64,000 nt of DNA from Mobula hypostoma (Eukaryota): assembly GCF_963921235.1 (NCBI RefSeq), contig NC_086097.1, positions 36,768,001-36,832,000 of the forward strand, in the 5' to 3' direction. Of this stretch, positions 37,367-50,300 are shown piece after piece. The notes beneath the pieces are model-generated. The model was not told the DNA's origin, did no database searches, and worked only from the letters and a program-made list of their open reading frames with translations. How positions within the stretch are numbered: the stretch's first letter is position 1; every line of letters begins with the position of its first letter. A program made the position numbers and the translations under genes.

Positions 37367-39070
37367 AAACACAAGAGATTCTGCAGATGCTGGAAACCCA
37401 AAGCAACATACCACAAATGCTGGAGGAAGGCGGAGCTTAGGGCTAATAGCACCTAACAGCGATTCCTTTGCTTGCATCTTCGGAAACAGCTTTATTTCCA
37501 TCTTTAGTATCTCTATTTTTCCCTTTCAGTGTTCTTTTGAAGACCCTGACCTGGAGTCACACGCTGACTATGGTTCTTTGCGGGAATGGGACCCACTCTC
37601 GGGGTTCCATAACTGGCCATTGTTCGGCACACCAAAGGCCCGGCTCAGATTCAGAAGCCTAGGATCTTGAGGCTCTGGAGACGGTCAGATCGAGGATCAG
37701 AGTCATGACAAGAGACCCATGTGTCGTCGGGGGAGTCGGGATATCTGCTCTGTGCCCGAAGACCCGGGATCTTTTCGATCTTCAGGCACAAAGCTTGAAA
37801 AAAGCAATGTAACAGACTTGTAACATTGTAAACCCACGAGTTGTTTGTTATGTCTCCCCACTCGCTGGGAAAATGGAGACAGTTCTTTCTTCCTTATTAG
37901 GGAGAGAGAGAACCTGTGGTATGCCGAAGTCTTTGGGGTAACTGCAAGTCTGTGTCTTTGCTATTGCTTTGCTCACACTTGAGTGCTCGGTGGTAGTGCT
38001 GATGCTTTTTTTTGCCGGTGGGGGGAGGAGGGGGGATTGTTACTCGCTGCCTCTTATGTGTGGGAGGGAGGGGAGCTGGGGGGGAGACTTTGGGGTTCTA
38101 ACATTTAACTGTCATTCATTCTTTGGGGCACTCCTCTGTTTTTGTGGATGTTTGCGAAGAAAAAGCATTTCAGGATGTATATTATATACATTTCTCTGAC
38201 ATTAAATTGTATCTTTGAATCTTTTGAACCTTTGAACTCATTAGAAATGAACAAACAGTCAATGTTTCGGGGTAAGACCCTTCTTCAGGACTGGAAAGGA
38301 AAAGGGAAGATGCCAGAATATAAAGGTGGGGTTAGGGGAAGGAGGTTAGCTATAAAGTGATAGGGCAAGCCAGGTGGGTGGGAAAGGTAAAGAGCTGGAG
38401 ATGAAGGAATCTGATAGGAGACAAGAGTGGACTATAGGAGAAAGGGAAGGAGGAATGGCACCAGCGGGAGGTAATAGCCAGGTGAGAAAAGGTAAGGGGC
38501 CAGAATGGGGACTAGAAGAGGGAAGGGGAGGGATTTTGTTTTACCAGAAGGAGAAATTAATATTCATGTCATCAGGTTGGAAGCTATCCAGACAGAATAC
38601 AAGGCAAGGCTGTAGACCAACATGTCAGAATGGGAATCGAAATTAAAATGTTGGGCCACTGAGAACTTCTGCTTTCGGTGGACAGACCGGAGGTACAGTA
38701 TTCAACGAAGCAGTCCCCCAATTTACGATGGGTCTCACCAAGGTAGAGGAGGCTGCACTGGGATCACCGGATGTAATAGGTTTGCAGGTGAAGTGGGCTC
38801 ACCTGGAAGGACTGCCTTGGGCCCTGATCGGAGGTGAGGGAGGAGGAGGTGAATGGGCAGGTGTAGCACTTTGGCCGCTTGCAGAGATAAGTGCTGGGAG
38901 GGAGATTAGTGGGGAGGGACACGTGGACAAGGGAATCACGGAGGGAAGTGTGATCCCATTGGAAAGTGGCGAGGGGGGAGGGGGAGCGGAGGAAAAAATG
39001 TGTTTGGTGGCCTTTGGAGATGATGGAAGTTGCTGAGGCTCATGGGATGGTAGGTAAGGACAAGAAGAGA
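37367..39070 (-). mobile_element. Penelope-like element 3' part, interrupted by retroposon family B
   Basis: aaacacaagagattctgcagatgctgg terminus; resumes at about 38234; collinear with 10393-11400. Confidence 0.8.
37429..38233 (+). mobile_element. Non-autonomous retroposon family B (about 800 bp, non-coding)
   Basis: Splits the PLE motif ggaggaa|ctca; ends attaaa..(CTTTGAA)-like repeats; tail shared with 19971-20028. Confidence 0.7.
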
Positions 39071-40584
39071 TAAAATAATCTAATCTCTTTCTGTCAATTG
39101 TCCATTCTCGTTCCATCTACCCCCACCCTTTCCCCCAAAACCTGTTCCTTTTCAGCCCACCAGCTGGGATAAAACCAGAGCTACAAATCACAGTAAAAAT
39201 ATGAAGAACCCCATTACTTATTAGTTTTGTTTCACGTATAAAATCTACTGAAAACTCAGACCTGTTTCTGGTACGAGCAGCCAACTTGCTTTATCTTTTC
39301 ACAGTCCCTCACTGTATGTCAATCATTTCATGAATGAGTCCATGAATTTCTTTTTGATGAAACAACAGACCATTTATGAACTACCAAACCTTTAACAAAC
39401 CAAGTTGCACCCTAATTTGCAGAAAGTTCTTTGCAATTACAAACATAAACATTAATACTGCTGGAAAAATGACTCGGAACATTAGGATGAAAGCAAAATG
39501 CTGTAGATGCTGGAAATCTAAAATTACAAACAGGAAATGCTGGAATCAGTCAGCAGGTCAGGCAACACCAACGGAGAGCAGAACGCCTATTTCAGGTCAA
39601 TGACCTTTAAACACATTGGAAGAAGTTAGAATTTTAACAATTTATAAGCGCACACTGAAGCAGGGAAAACGGTAGGGGAAGTAGTGGACAAGACCTTGGA
39701 AGGCCTTTAGCAGGCCTGTAGTTAGGTTAGTAATCAATAAAAGGAGTGAAGATGCATGGTAAGAGCAGAAAATGACGGGATTAGAGGCTGAAATGACAAC
39801 AGCAAGATCATTACTAACAGCTCCACTCTGAGTACAAGTCAGAACAAGGAAGAACCTGCAATTGTTGAACCTCAAGGGAAGACGAAGATTAAAAAGGCCT
39901 TTGCTGTTTGAGTAACACTCTGTTACACAGAGATACAGCATGGTAACAGGCCCTTCCGGCCTAACGAGCCCGTACAGTCCAAACCATCTCTCCGTGTTTT
40001 CTCTCTGAAACCTACTGCTTTCTGGAACTTAACTGCAATTTATTCCATGCTGGATTTGAAGTCTGTTAGTACCTCCGAAGACACGATCCAGGAAAGAGTA
40101 ATTTGGCTGAAATCTTGCAGAACAGTATTTGGAAATAGAAAGGCTGCCTTTCAGGGAGTGGGAGGTTGCACAGTGGTAGTAGTGTGTAAAATATACTGTG
40201 TTGGGGGAAGGATCAGCCTCATTTCATCAGCTCATTTGTCATCACTGGTATAAAATACAAATGTTTCACTGTCCATGGGCATCAGATGGATGTTATTCAG
40301 TTAATTATTGGTGAGAAATTGAGGAATATCCTTCACATGGAAAATAAGGGACAGCAGTTTTCAAGTAACAACAGGGGGTCAGTGTAGGGACTAAAACAAA
40401 TTACAGTGTATGCCATTCCAAATGAAATTAATTCATTCGCAGAAGACAGACATGAACAGTAAGTCTTCTATACTGCTCTTCTCTATTTGTCCTTGAGAAG
40501 GTGGCAATGAGCTGCCTTCTTGGATGGCTGGGGTGCTGATGACCTTTGGAATGAATGCGTTATCTCAGTTCGAGTCATCGTGCA

Positions 40585-41010
40585 CAACGGGACAGAAACC
40601 GCTCCTTCAGCCCGTCTAGTCTGTGTTAAATAGTTATTCTTCCCAGTCCCATCGACCTGTACCGAGGTCGTAGCCCTCCATACACCCCATCCATGTCCCT
40701 ATCCAAGCTTCTATTAAATATTGCAGTTCTACCTGCATCTACCACTTCCACCGGCAGCACGTTCCACACTCACACCACTCTCTAACTGAAGAAGCTCCCC
40801 TCAGGTGCCCCCTGACTATTTCATTTTCACCCTTAACCCACGATGTCCAGTTCCAGTCTCATCCAACCTTAGTGGAGAAAAAGCCTGTTTGCATTTACCC
40901 TACCTATACCCCTCAAAATTTTGTGTACCTCTACCAATCACCCCTCATTCTCCTATGTTCCAAGGAATGAAGTTCTAATCTATTCAACCTTCCCCCTATA
41001 ACTCAGCTCT
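40585..41010 (-). mobile_element. CR1 3' fragment
   Basis: Collinear with 23575-23995. Confidence 0.8.
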
Positions 41011-41289
41011 CCGGGTCCCATTGTGCATGCACGGACACAGAGTTCTGAAGATTTTGAAAGAGTTTGGTTTGTACTGTGCTCTGTTTTACTGAGACAGGAC
41101 ATCCAGACATCCAGCCGTTGTTATCAAGCAACGAATATTGAAAAAGACCAGTAAACTCTCATCATCTATCGACTTGACAAAGATTTTCTTTATAAAAGTT
41201 TCATATAATTCTTTAACACTTTACCTTACGTGACCAGAAGAATGAATAGGTTTTGCCTTCTACTTTCTGAGTAGGATTTTCTTTTACAA

Positions 41290-41790
41290 TTTTTGAGGCC
41301 TCTGTTGACCGAGTGTCAGGCATGGATGTTATGTCCCAGCTGGCTACAGTCAGTCGACACACAAGCCAGGGCAGTACAATATGGAGAGCAAGCTGTTGCC
41401 CATGCAGCTGATGACTCCATAGGCACAGCAGAAACCGATATCGTTTGGTACCAGTGGCATCGCTGGAGTTGCCCGTCAGCGTTGGACTCAATGTAGGACT
41501 CCAACTCCAGATGTTTCCTCAGGGTTTACACCCAAAGCATTCCTCGTAAGGCAGTGGAGGTTTGAGATTAGAGTTTTCCTTCTCCTAGATGAGCTGCCAA
41601 CCATGGCTGGTGAACCCCATCTGTCCAAAGTAACTGGTTTTAAGACATCAATAACCCACTTTTGCCCCTTCACCTGTAGAAACAGTTCCACAGTGCTCAG
41701 TAGCTAAGCCACATATGAAGGCTAGAAGCTGGATTGGTTGTCAAAGGCTGCTAGAGATGCACACCATTGGGGAGCATTTAATAGGTAGTG
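41290..41790 (-). mobile_element. Probable interspersed repeat, possibly RTE 5'-UTR-related
   Basis: Minus strand ctaggagaaggaaaactct..tcaaacc recalls RTE-type 5' UTR sequence; not verifiable here. Confidence 0.3.
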
Positions 41791-43991
41791 GGGCTGGGGA
41801 AAGGGAAGTTATTATGTAAGTAGATGCAGTGTGTAGTGAGACTGTGAGGAAGGACAGGTAGATCACAGGGGGAAAATTGCGATTAGTGGAATGAGTTGAA
41901 GTGTAACACAGGGGCAAAATCGAAAGGGGCAAAGACTGCAGGACTGAAAATTCACCCAGAAATATAAGAAGGAGAAGCTAAAGTCAAGCATATCAGTATT
42001 ACAGTGGAATAAAGGGCATGAAAGAGGAGTTGGCTAAAACTGATTAGAAAAGAACACTGGCAGGGATGACAGCAGGGAAGCAATGGCTGGAATTTCTGTA
42101 AGCAATTCGGAAAGTGGAGGATATATACATCCCAAAGAAGACGTATTTCAAAGGCAAGATGACACAGTCGTGATTAACAAGAGAAGTCAAAGTCAACATA
42201 AAAGCCAATTAGTGGGAAGTTAGAGGATTGGGAAGCTTTTTAAAATGGACAGAAGGTAACTGCAAAAGCCATTAGTAAAAGATGGAATACAAAAGCGAGG
42301 TAACCAATAAAATTAAAGAGATATCAAAAGTTTCTTCAGATCTATGAAGTGTAAAAGAGAGGCAAGAATGGATATTAGACTGCCGGAAAACAATGATGGG
42401 GAGGTAGTAATGGGGGACAAGGAAATAGCGGATGAACTGAATACGTATTTTGCTTCAGTCTTCACTGTGGTAGACACTAGCAGTATGGTGGAAGTTCCAA
42501 TGTGTCTGGGCTCAGAAGTGTATGAAGCTGCCATTACTTGGTTCTTGAGAAACTAAAAGGTCAGTCACCTCAACCAGATGGTATACACCCATGGGTTCTG
42601 AAAGAGGTGGCTGAGGAGATTATGGAGGCATTAGTAATGACCCCTCAAGAATCACTAGATTCTGGAGTAGTTCCAGAAGACTGGAAAATTACAAATGTCA
42701 CTCCACTCTTCAAGTAGGGAGAGAAGCAGAAGAAAGGAAACAATAGGCCAATCAGTCTGACCTCAGTGGTTGGGAAATTGTTGCAGTTGATTGTTAAGGA
42801 TGTGGTTTTGGGGTACTTGGAGGCGCATGATAAGAAAGACCCTAGTCGGTGTGGTTTCCTCAAAGGAAAATCTCACCTGACGACTCTGTTGGAATACTTT
42901 GAAAATGTAACAAGCAGGAAAGAGCAAGGAGAATCAGTGGATGTTGTGTACTTGGATTTCCAGAAGGCATTTGACAAGGTGCGCCACATATGAGGCTGCT
43001 TAACAAGCTACAAACCCATTGTATAACAGGAAAGGTACCAGCATGGATAAAGCAGTGGCTGATTGGCAGGAGGCGAAGAGTGGGAGTAACAGTAGCCTTT
43101 TCTCATTGGCTGTCAGTGACTAGTGCGGTTCCACAGGGATCTATGTTGGGACTGATTCTTTTTACATTATATGTCAATGATTTGGATGATGGAATTGATG
43201 GTTTTCTTGCAAAGTTTGTGGATGATACGCAGATAGGTGGAGGGGCATGTAGTTTTGATGAAGTAGAAAGGCTACAGAAGGACTTAGACTGATTACAAGA
43301 ATGGGCAAAGAAGTGGCAGACGGAATATAGTGCCAGGAAATGTATGATCATACACTTTGGTAGGAGAAATAAAAGGGTTGACTACTTTCTAAATGGAGAG
43401 AAAATACAAAAATGTGAGGTGCAAAGGGACTTGGGAGTCATTGCGCAGGATTTCCTAAAGGTTAATTTGCATGTTAAGTCTGTGGTGAGAAAGATAAATG
43501 CAATATTAGCATTCACTTCAAGTGGATTAGAATATAAAAGCAAGGATGCAATGTTGAGACTTTATAAAGCACTGGTGGGGCCTCACTTGGAGTATTGTGA
43601 ACAGGTTTGGGCCCCTTATCTTAGAGAGAATGTGCTGAAACTGGAGAGGGTTCAAAGGAGATTCACGAAAATGATTCCAGGATTGAATGGCTTGTCATAT
43701 GAAGAGCATTTGATAGCTCTGGGCCTGTATTCATAGAATTCAGAAGAAAGAGGGGTGACCTATTTGAAACCTATAGAATGTTTGAAAGGCTTTGATAAAG
43801 TGCATGTAGAGAGGATGTTTCCTGTGATGGAGAATCTAAGACCGGAGAACAGATCCTCTGAATGGAAGGGTGTCTTTTTAGAACAGAGATGAGGGGACAT
43901 TTCTTTTGCAAGAGAATGGTGAATCTTGGGAATTCATTACCACAGGCAGCTGTGGAGGCCAAGCCTTCATGTATATTTAAGTTCTTCAGTT

Positions 43992-44027
43992 AGTCCTGAC
44001 GAAGGGTCTCGGCCTGAAACGTCGACT
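43992..44027 (+). ncRNA. Minimal type I hammerhead ribozyme motif, copy 1 (predicted cleavage after 44023)
   Basis: Stem I AGUC/GACU, core CUGACGA(+A), stem II GGGU-cucg-GCCU, GAAA, palindromic ACGU, GUC site. Confidence 0.7.
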
Positions 44028-44296
44028 GCGCTTCTTCCTATAGATGCTGCCTGGCCTGCTGCGTTCACCAGCAACTTTGATGTATGTTGCTTGAATTTCC
44101 AGCATCTGCAGAATTCCTGTTGTTTGCGTTTAAATTCACTACTGCGAAGCCTCTTCCGGTGATGCCTACACCGAAGAAGTTTGGATCCTCTCTTCGACGG
44201 GAGTTCAGTGAAACCATCCCTCACTGCTCCCCATCTGTGATTTCTTCGGCTCTTCAACTTTTCGACCAGACTTTGACTCAAACTCTTCCTTCAGTT

Positions 44297-44332
44297 AGTC
44301 CTGACGAAGGGTCTCGGCCTGAAACGTCGACT
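44297..44332 (+). ncRNA. Minimal type I hammerhead ribozyme motif, copy 2 (predicted cleavage after 44328)
   Basis: Identical to copy 1, 305 nt downstream. Confidence 0.7.
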
Positions 44333-44956
44333 GCGCTTCTTCCTATAGATGCTGCCTGGCCTGCTGCGTTCACCAGCAACTTTGATGTATGTTGCATGTA
44401 TATTTAAGGCAGAGTTTGATAGATTCTTGACTGATCAGGGCATGAAGGGAAACAGGGAGAATGCAGAAGGTTTTGGCTGATCAGCCACGATGAAATGACA
44501 GAGCAGACTCGATCTGCCAAATGGCCTGATTCTGCTCCTATATCTTATGGAATATGAAAGTGTTATATTGGAATGCATACAGTATATGGGACAAGGTAGA
44601 TGATCTTACAGCGTAGTTAGAGATAGACAAATATAATGTTGTGGGCATCACTGAGTTATGGCAGAATGAAGATCATTGCTGGGAGCTTAATGTAGTTTAA
44701 CATCCAAGGATACACTTTGTATCAAAAGGCAGGTAGGCATAGAGGGTGGGGTGGCACTGTTGGTTAAAAAATGTAATCAAATCCTTAGAAAGCAATGACA
44801 TAGGATCAGAAGATATAGAATCCTTGTGGTTAAGTTCAGAAACGCTTGGGTAAGAAGACCAGGACAAGAGTTGTACACAGGCCTCTGATAGCTGCCCAGG
44901 ATGTGGGATACAAATTATGTGGGAGATATAAAAAGCATGTAAAAAAGGCAATGTTA

Positions 44957-46145
44957 CCATAAGACCATAATCTATAGGAGCAGAATTAGTCCACTTGCCC
45001 CTTCATGCCTACTCCGTCATTTCATCATGGCTGATCCAATATTCCCCTGAGAACCGTGATGAGGAGGCATTCTCCTGCCTTCTCCCCGTATTCCTTCATG
45101 CCCTGACCAATCAACAATCTATCAACCTCCACCTTAAATATACATAAAGGTTTGGCCTCCACAGCTGCCTGTGGCAAAAGAATTCCACAGACTCACCACT
45201 CTCTGGCTAAAGAAATTCCTCTGCATGTCCTTTTAAAGGACAACCCTCTATTCTGAGGCTGGGTCCTCTGGTTTTAGACTCTCCCACCATAGGAAACATC
45301 CTTTCTGTCAAGGCCTTTCACCATTTGATAGGTTTCAATGAGGTCACCCCTCATTCTTCGGAATTCTATGAATACAGGCCCAGATCCATCAAATGCTCTT
45401 CATATGACAAGCTGTTCAATCCTGGAATCATTTTCCTTTGGACCCTCTCCAGTTTCAGCACATCCTTCCTAAGATAAGGGGCCCAAACCTGCTCACAATA
45501 CTCCGAGTGAGGACTCACCAGTACTTCATAAAGTTTCAACATTATATCCTTGCTTCTATATTCTAATCCACTTGAAATGAATAATAACATTACAATTGCC
45601 TCCCTCACCACAGGCTCAACCTGCAAATCTTCAGAGAATTCTACACAAGGACTTCCAAATCTGCTTGCACCTCAATTTTTTGTATTTTCTCTCCACTTAG
45701 AAAATAGTTAGCCCTTACATTTCTTCTACCAACGTGTGTGACCATACACTTTGACACTGTTTTCCATCTGCCATTTCTTTGCCCATTCTCCTAATCTTTC
45801 TAAGGCCTCTGCAGCCTCTCTACTTCCTCAAAACTACCTGCCCCTCCACCTACCTTCATATCGTCTGCAAACTTTTCAACAAAGCCATCAATTCCATCAT
45901 CCAAATCATTGATGTATAATGTAAAAAGAACTGGTCCCAACACAGACCCCTGTGGAACACCACAAGTCACCAGCAGCCAGCCAGAAAAGGCTCCCTTCAT
46001 TCCAATTCTTTGCCTCCTTCCAACAGCCACTGCTTTATCTGTGCTAGACTTTTTAATGTAATACCATGGGCTCATAGCTTGCTAAACAGCCTCACGTGTG
46101 ATGCCTTGTCAAGGCCTTCTGAAAGTCCAAGTACACAACATCAAG
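44957..46145 (-). mobile_element. Nested CR1 3' segment in antisense orientation
   Basis: CGVPQGSVLGPVLFTLYINDLDDG..KFADDMKVGG; tail ccataagaccataa on + strand. Confidence 0.92.
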
Positions 46146-46740
46146 AGATTCACATTAGTCATGGGGGATTTCAATATCCAGATAAATTGGGAAAATTAGG
46201 TTGGTGCTGGTTCCCAAGAAAGGAATTTGTAAAATGCCTATGAGCTGACATTTTGGAACAGCTATAGTTGAACCCACTAGGGGATCAGCTATTCTGGATT
46301 GGGTGCTGTGTAATGAATCAGATTTGATTAGGGAGCTTATGATAAAGGAACCCTTAGGGAACAGTGATTATAATATGATAAAATGCTCCTGCAGTTTGAG
46401 AGGAAGGAGATAAAGTCAGATGTATCGGTCTTGCAGTGGAGTAGAGGAAATTTCAGAGGCATGCTTGAGAGAGCAGATGCTGAAATTTATTGGAAGGGGA
46501 CTCTAGCAGGGATGATGGCAGAGCGGAAGTGGCTGGATTTTCTGGAGGCAATTCAAAAGCCGGGGATAGATACATACTAAAAATTAAGAAGAATTCGAAA
46601 GGGAAGATGAGGCAACCGTAGATGACAAGGGAAGTTTAAAACAGTATATAATATAGCAAACATAAGTGGCAAGTTAGAGGATTGGAAGCTTCTAAGAACC
46701 AACAGAAGGCAACTACCAAGCCATTAGAGAGAATAGATGA

Positions 46741-47380
46741 ATTATTAGATTAGATTAGATTATGAGGACACGCAGTCCTCTTTTATTATCATTTAGTGAT
46801 GCATGCATTAAGAAATGATATAATGTTTCTCCAGATTGATATCACAGAAACACAAGACAAACTGACTGAAAAACTGACAAAAACCACATAATTATAACAT
46901 ATAGTTACAACAGTGCAAAGCAATACCGTAATTTGATAAAGAACAGACCATGGGCATGGTATAAAGTCTCAAAGTCTCTCGAAAGTCCCATCCTCTCATG
47001 CAGAGGGTGAACCTCCAGCGCCGCAAACTTGCCGATGCAGCATCCTGGAAGCACCCGACCATAGTCTGACTCCGAGTCCGTCCGAAAACTCCGAGCCTCT
47101 GACCAGCTCTCCGACACCGAGCACCATCTCTGCCGAGCGCTTCGACCCCGGCCCCGGCAACAGGCAATAGGCAAAGCCGAGGATTTGGGGCCTTCCCCTC
47201 TGTAGATTCTCGATTTCACAGTAGCAGCGGCAGTGAAGCGGGCATTTCAGAAGTTTCTCCAGGTGTTCCTCCGTGCTTCTCACAGCTGTCTCCATCAAAT
47301 CAAGATTGTGCATGGCCCCTAGTTAATGCATACGATATCATTCAGGACGGCTGCGCGCTCTGCGTCGCACAGCCATCTTC
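46741..47380 (-). mobile_element. Non-autonomous retroposon family A, copy 2 (apparently full length)
   Basis: Minus strand starts gaagatggc, ends aataaa..(TAATC)n; cleanly interrupts CR1. Confidence 0.85.
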
Positions 47381-50300
47381 AAATATGAAGGTAAAAGTTA
47401 GCCAATACTATAAAACAGGATGTGAAAAGATTATTTTAGATATATAAGGAGAAAAAGAGTCGAGAATAGATAACAGACCACTGGAAAATGAAGAGATAGT
47501 AATGGCAGGGGGGCAGAGAATAAGTATTTTGTGCCACTCTTCACTATGGATGGTGCTAGAATATAAAAGCAGGGATGTGATGCTAAGGCTTTATTAGGCA
47601 CTGGTTAGATGACATTTAAGTAAGCAGTTTTGGGCCCCTTATCTAAGAAATGATGTGCTGGCATTGGAGAGAGGGGGGTTCACAAGAATGATTCCAGGAA
47701 TGAAATGGTTAACATATGAGGAGTGTTTGATGGCTCTGGACCGGTACTCATTGGAATTTTGAAGAGTGGGGGGTATCTCATTGAAACTTATCAAATGTTG
47801 AAAGGACTGGATAGAGTGGATGAGGAGAGGATGTTTCCTATACCAGGTGAGTCTAGAACCTGAAGGCACAGCCTCAGTATAGCGGGATGACTATTTACAA
47901 CTGAGATGAGGAGGAATTTTTTTATCCAGGGGGTAGTGAATCTGTGGAATTCATTGCCAAGGATGTCTGTGGAGGCCAAGTCATTGGGAATATTTAAATC
48001 AAACATTGATAGGTTCTTGATTAATCAGGTGTCAAAGGTTACAGGGAGAAGGCAAGAGAATAGGATTGAGAGGGAAAATAAATCAGCCGTGATGGAATGC
48101 CAAAGCAAACTCGCGGGCCAAATGGGCTAATTCTGCTCCTATGTCTTATGGTCTAAAATTCAAAACATACCAAATGATTTGGATGGATTACATCACCAAA
48201 ATTAATGACAGTCAAAGGAGAAAAAGTAACATGAATGCATAAAGGAGGGAGTCATAAGATTCATAAAATTCTTCCCTTTACAATTTAAAGCACTCCCTTG
48301 AAATCAATAACAATTGGTGCAGTTGTTTCTTAAGAAGTCCTTACAAAACGAATTCGAGCAAGTCAGGTCCAAAGACAGTGTGAAGACAATGTTTTATTCT
48401 TGTGACTATCCAAATGAAATGTTTGTGTTTATGTGTAATTTGAATCATCCTTAAGAACATGGAAATATACTGACTGATGTAATCAATCTCATTTCAGTAA
48501 ACACTTCAATGCATTGAGGCAAATGCAAAATTAAGAGTTTTTTTGTATAATATTCGAGCACTTTAGTTTCCAAACTCAGAGATTCAGGCTGACGATCTCA
48601 AGAGTGGTTCAAGAACAGTGAAACCTCCAGAGCTTTCATGTCTTAATTACTTACTGTGGACTTCAGTGTATATTTAATATGTATTGGGTTCTAAATTACA
48701 GTGCAAAAATGGAAATTTAAGTAAAATACTTCATAATATTTGGCCTCCACTGTTTAAGACAAATGAAGCAAATCTTATTAGCTGTTATATAACATTGCAC
48801 ATTAAGATGTTTGCACTCACATTTGGACCCAATAAAATCACCTGGCTTCACTGAGTTTTAAATGCAAAAGATAGATTGAGTTTTTGGAGGAACTGGTTTC
48901 AATGTGTAATAAACTCCTGTACAATTGTACAGTGAAGTCAGAAGCAGTTTGCTTTCAGGCTGCCTACAGCAGCACAGATGTGCCATTAATAGCATTCTTT
49001 GACTCTGCTTAGTTTTTACAGGATTGCTAACAAGACTCTAGTATTAGAATTGGTTTATTATTGTCACGTGTACCAAGATACAGTTAAAAGCTCAAATGGT
49101 TATGCAGTGCATCAAGCTAGAATAAGGTATAACAATAATAATGTCATGGAATAAATCATAAATACTATTTAAAAAGTGCAGTGCAGGTAAATGGTGAAGT
49201 GCAAGATCGTAACAAGGCAGATTGTGAGGCCAGGAGTATATCTTATCCTACAGGAGGTCTGTTCCAGACTGATAAGAGTGGGATAGTATATTGGTGCTCA
49301 GATTATTCCTTTGATTTTACCTTTGGATATTGGATGAGATTGGGATAAACAGGAACAAACATTTTACTTGCTATCCTAGGAGTCAACCGGGTCTAGTATT
49401 TGAAACCAAGGATCAGGTCATTGTATACAGTGTTAGGATGCAAGCACTAGATGGCACCATTGCTTTTATAAATGAACAGGAAGCATCCATTTGCACAAAA
49501 GCCATGGCTTTAAACTAACTTTTTAACCTTCAATTGTCATATCTTAATTTCTGAAATACTCAACTTGTGTTATTTTTTAAAATTCAGTTTTTGAGATTTG
49601 AGTCCTAGTTGGCAAGCCTGCTAATCTCCAGTTACCCTTGAAATTAACTGTTTGTTAGACCATTTAAGAGCCAACTGTGCAGGCAAGCTGGAGTCACGTA
49701 CGGGCCAGATCAATTAAGAGCGGCAAATTTCATCCCCAAAAGGCACTGATGAAGCTAGTTGGGTTTCTAATACAAACTGGTAGCTTTTGCAGACACCATT
49801 AGTAAGAATGATTGTTATTCTTTCCCTTTTCTGGGCTATTTATTTATTTTTGTCATTTATAGCAATTTTATATCTTGCAATATACTGCGGCTGAAAAACA
49901 ACTAATTTCATGTCTACAAGTCATTGATAATAAATAGAATTCTGATTCTTTTCCAAATGCCAGGTTATTAAATTCCATAGCTATCAATACAGGAACTGAA
50001 CACAGGTCTCTGGATTCATATCCAATAATGTAACTGTTGTGCAATTTCTTGGCGATGACATTTCATTTGGGTTTCTTAATCACCACCCAGTTTCATTGTC
50101 ACTAACATCACTGAGATGTCTCATCAAGACTGTTACTCCATTATGTTCATACACCACTGCAATACCAAATGCTCACCTTCACTTAGCTTGGCTATACGGA
50201 TAAGCTGAAAGGACTGTGTCTATTAATTTTTAAATATGCGCGCTCTTAGAGGTAACCTGATAGAGCTTATAAACAACAAAAGCGCTGAATATGCTATATT

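Larger units (their letters stand above)
43982..44394 (+). mobile_element. Young non-autonomous Penelope derivative: two identical 107-bp direct repeats, 13-14-bp TSD
   Basis: 43984-44090 = 44289-44395; TSD catgtatatttaag at 43968-43981 and 44395-44408. Confidence 0.92.
41955..44550 (+). mobile_element. Nested CR1 ORF2 + 3' tail (decayed)
   Basis: DVVYLDFQKAFDKV, VPQGSMLG..YVNDLDDG..KFVDDT, KALVGPHLEYC; tail atcttatgg. Confidence 0.92.
41790..48155 (+). mobile_element. Host CR1 (pieces about 41790-41950, 44553-44960, 46155-46740, 47381-48155) carrying nested insertions
   Basis: The pieces rejoin as GLK|VLY.NA.SI, NVT|LVMGDF and EKM|KYEG of CR1 ORF2; tail tgtcttatggtct at 48141-48154. Confidence 0.8.

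Noticed and set aside
43984..44395. CRISPR-like or LTR-like direct repeats
   Set aside because: Only two 107-bp repeats, eukaryotic context, no TG..CA or PBS; they match Penelope termini.
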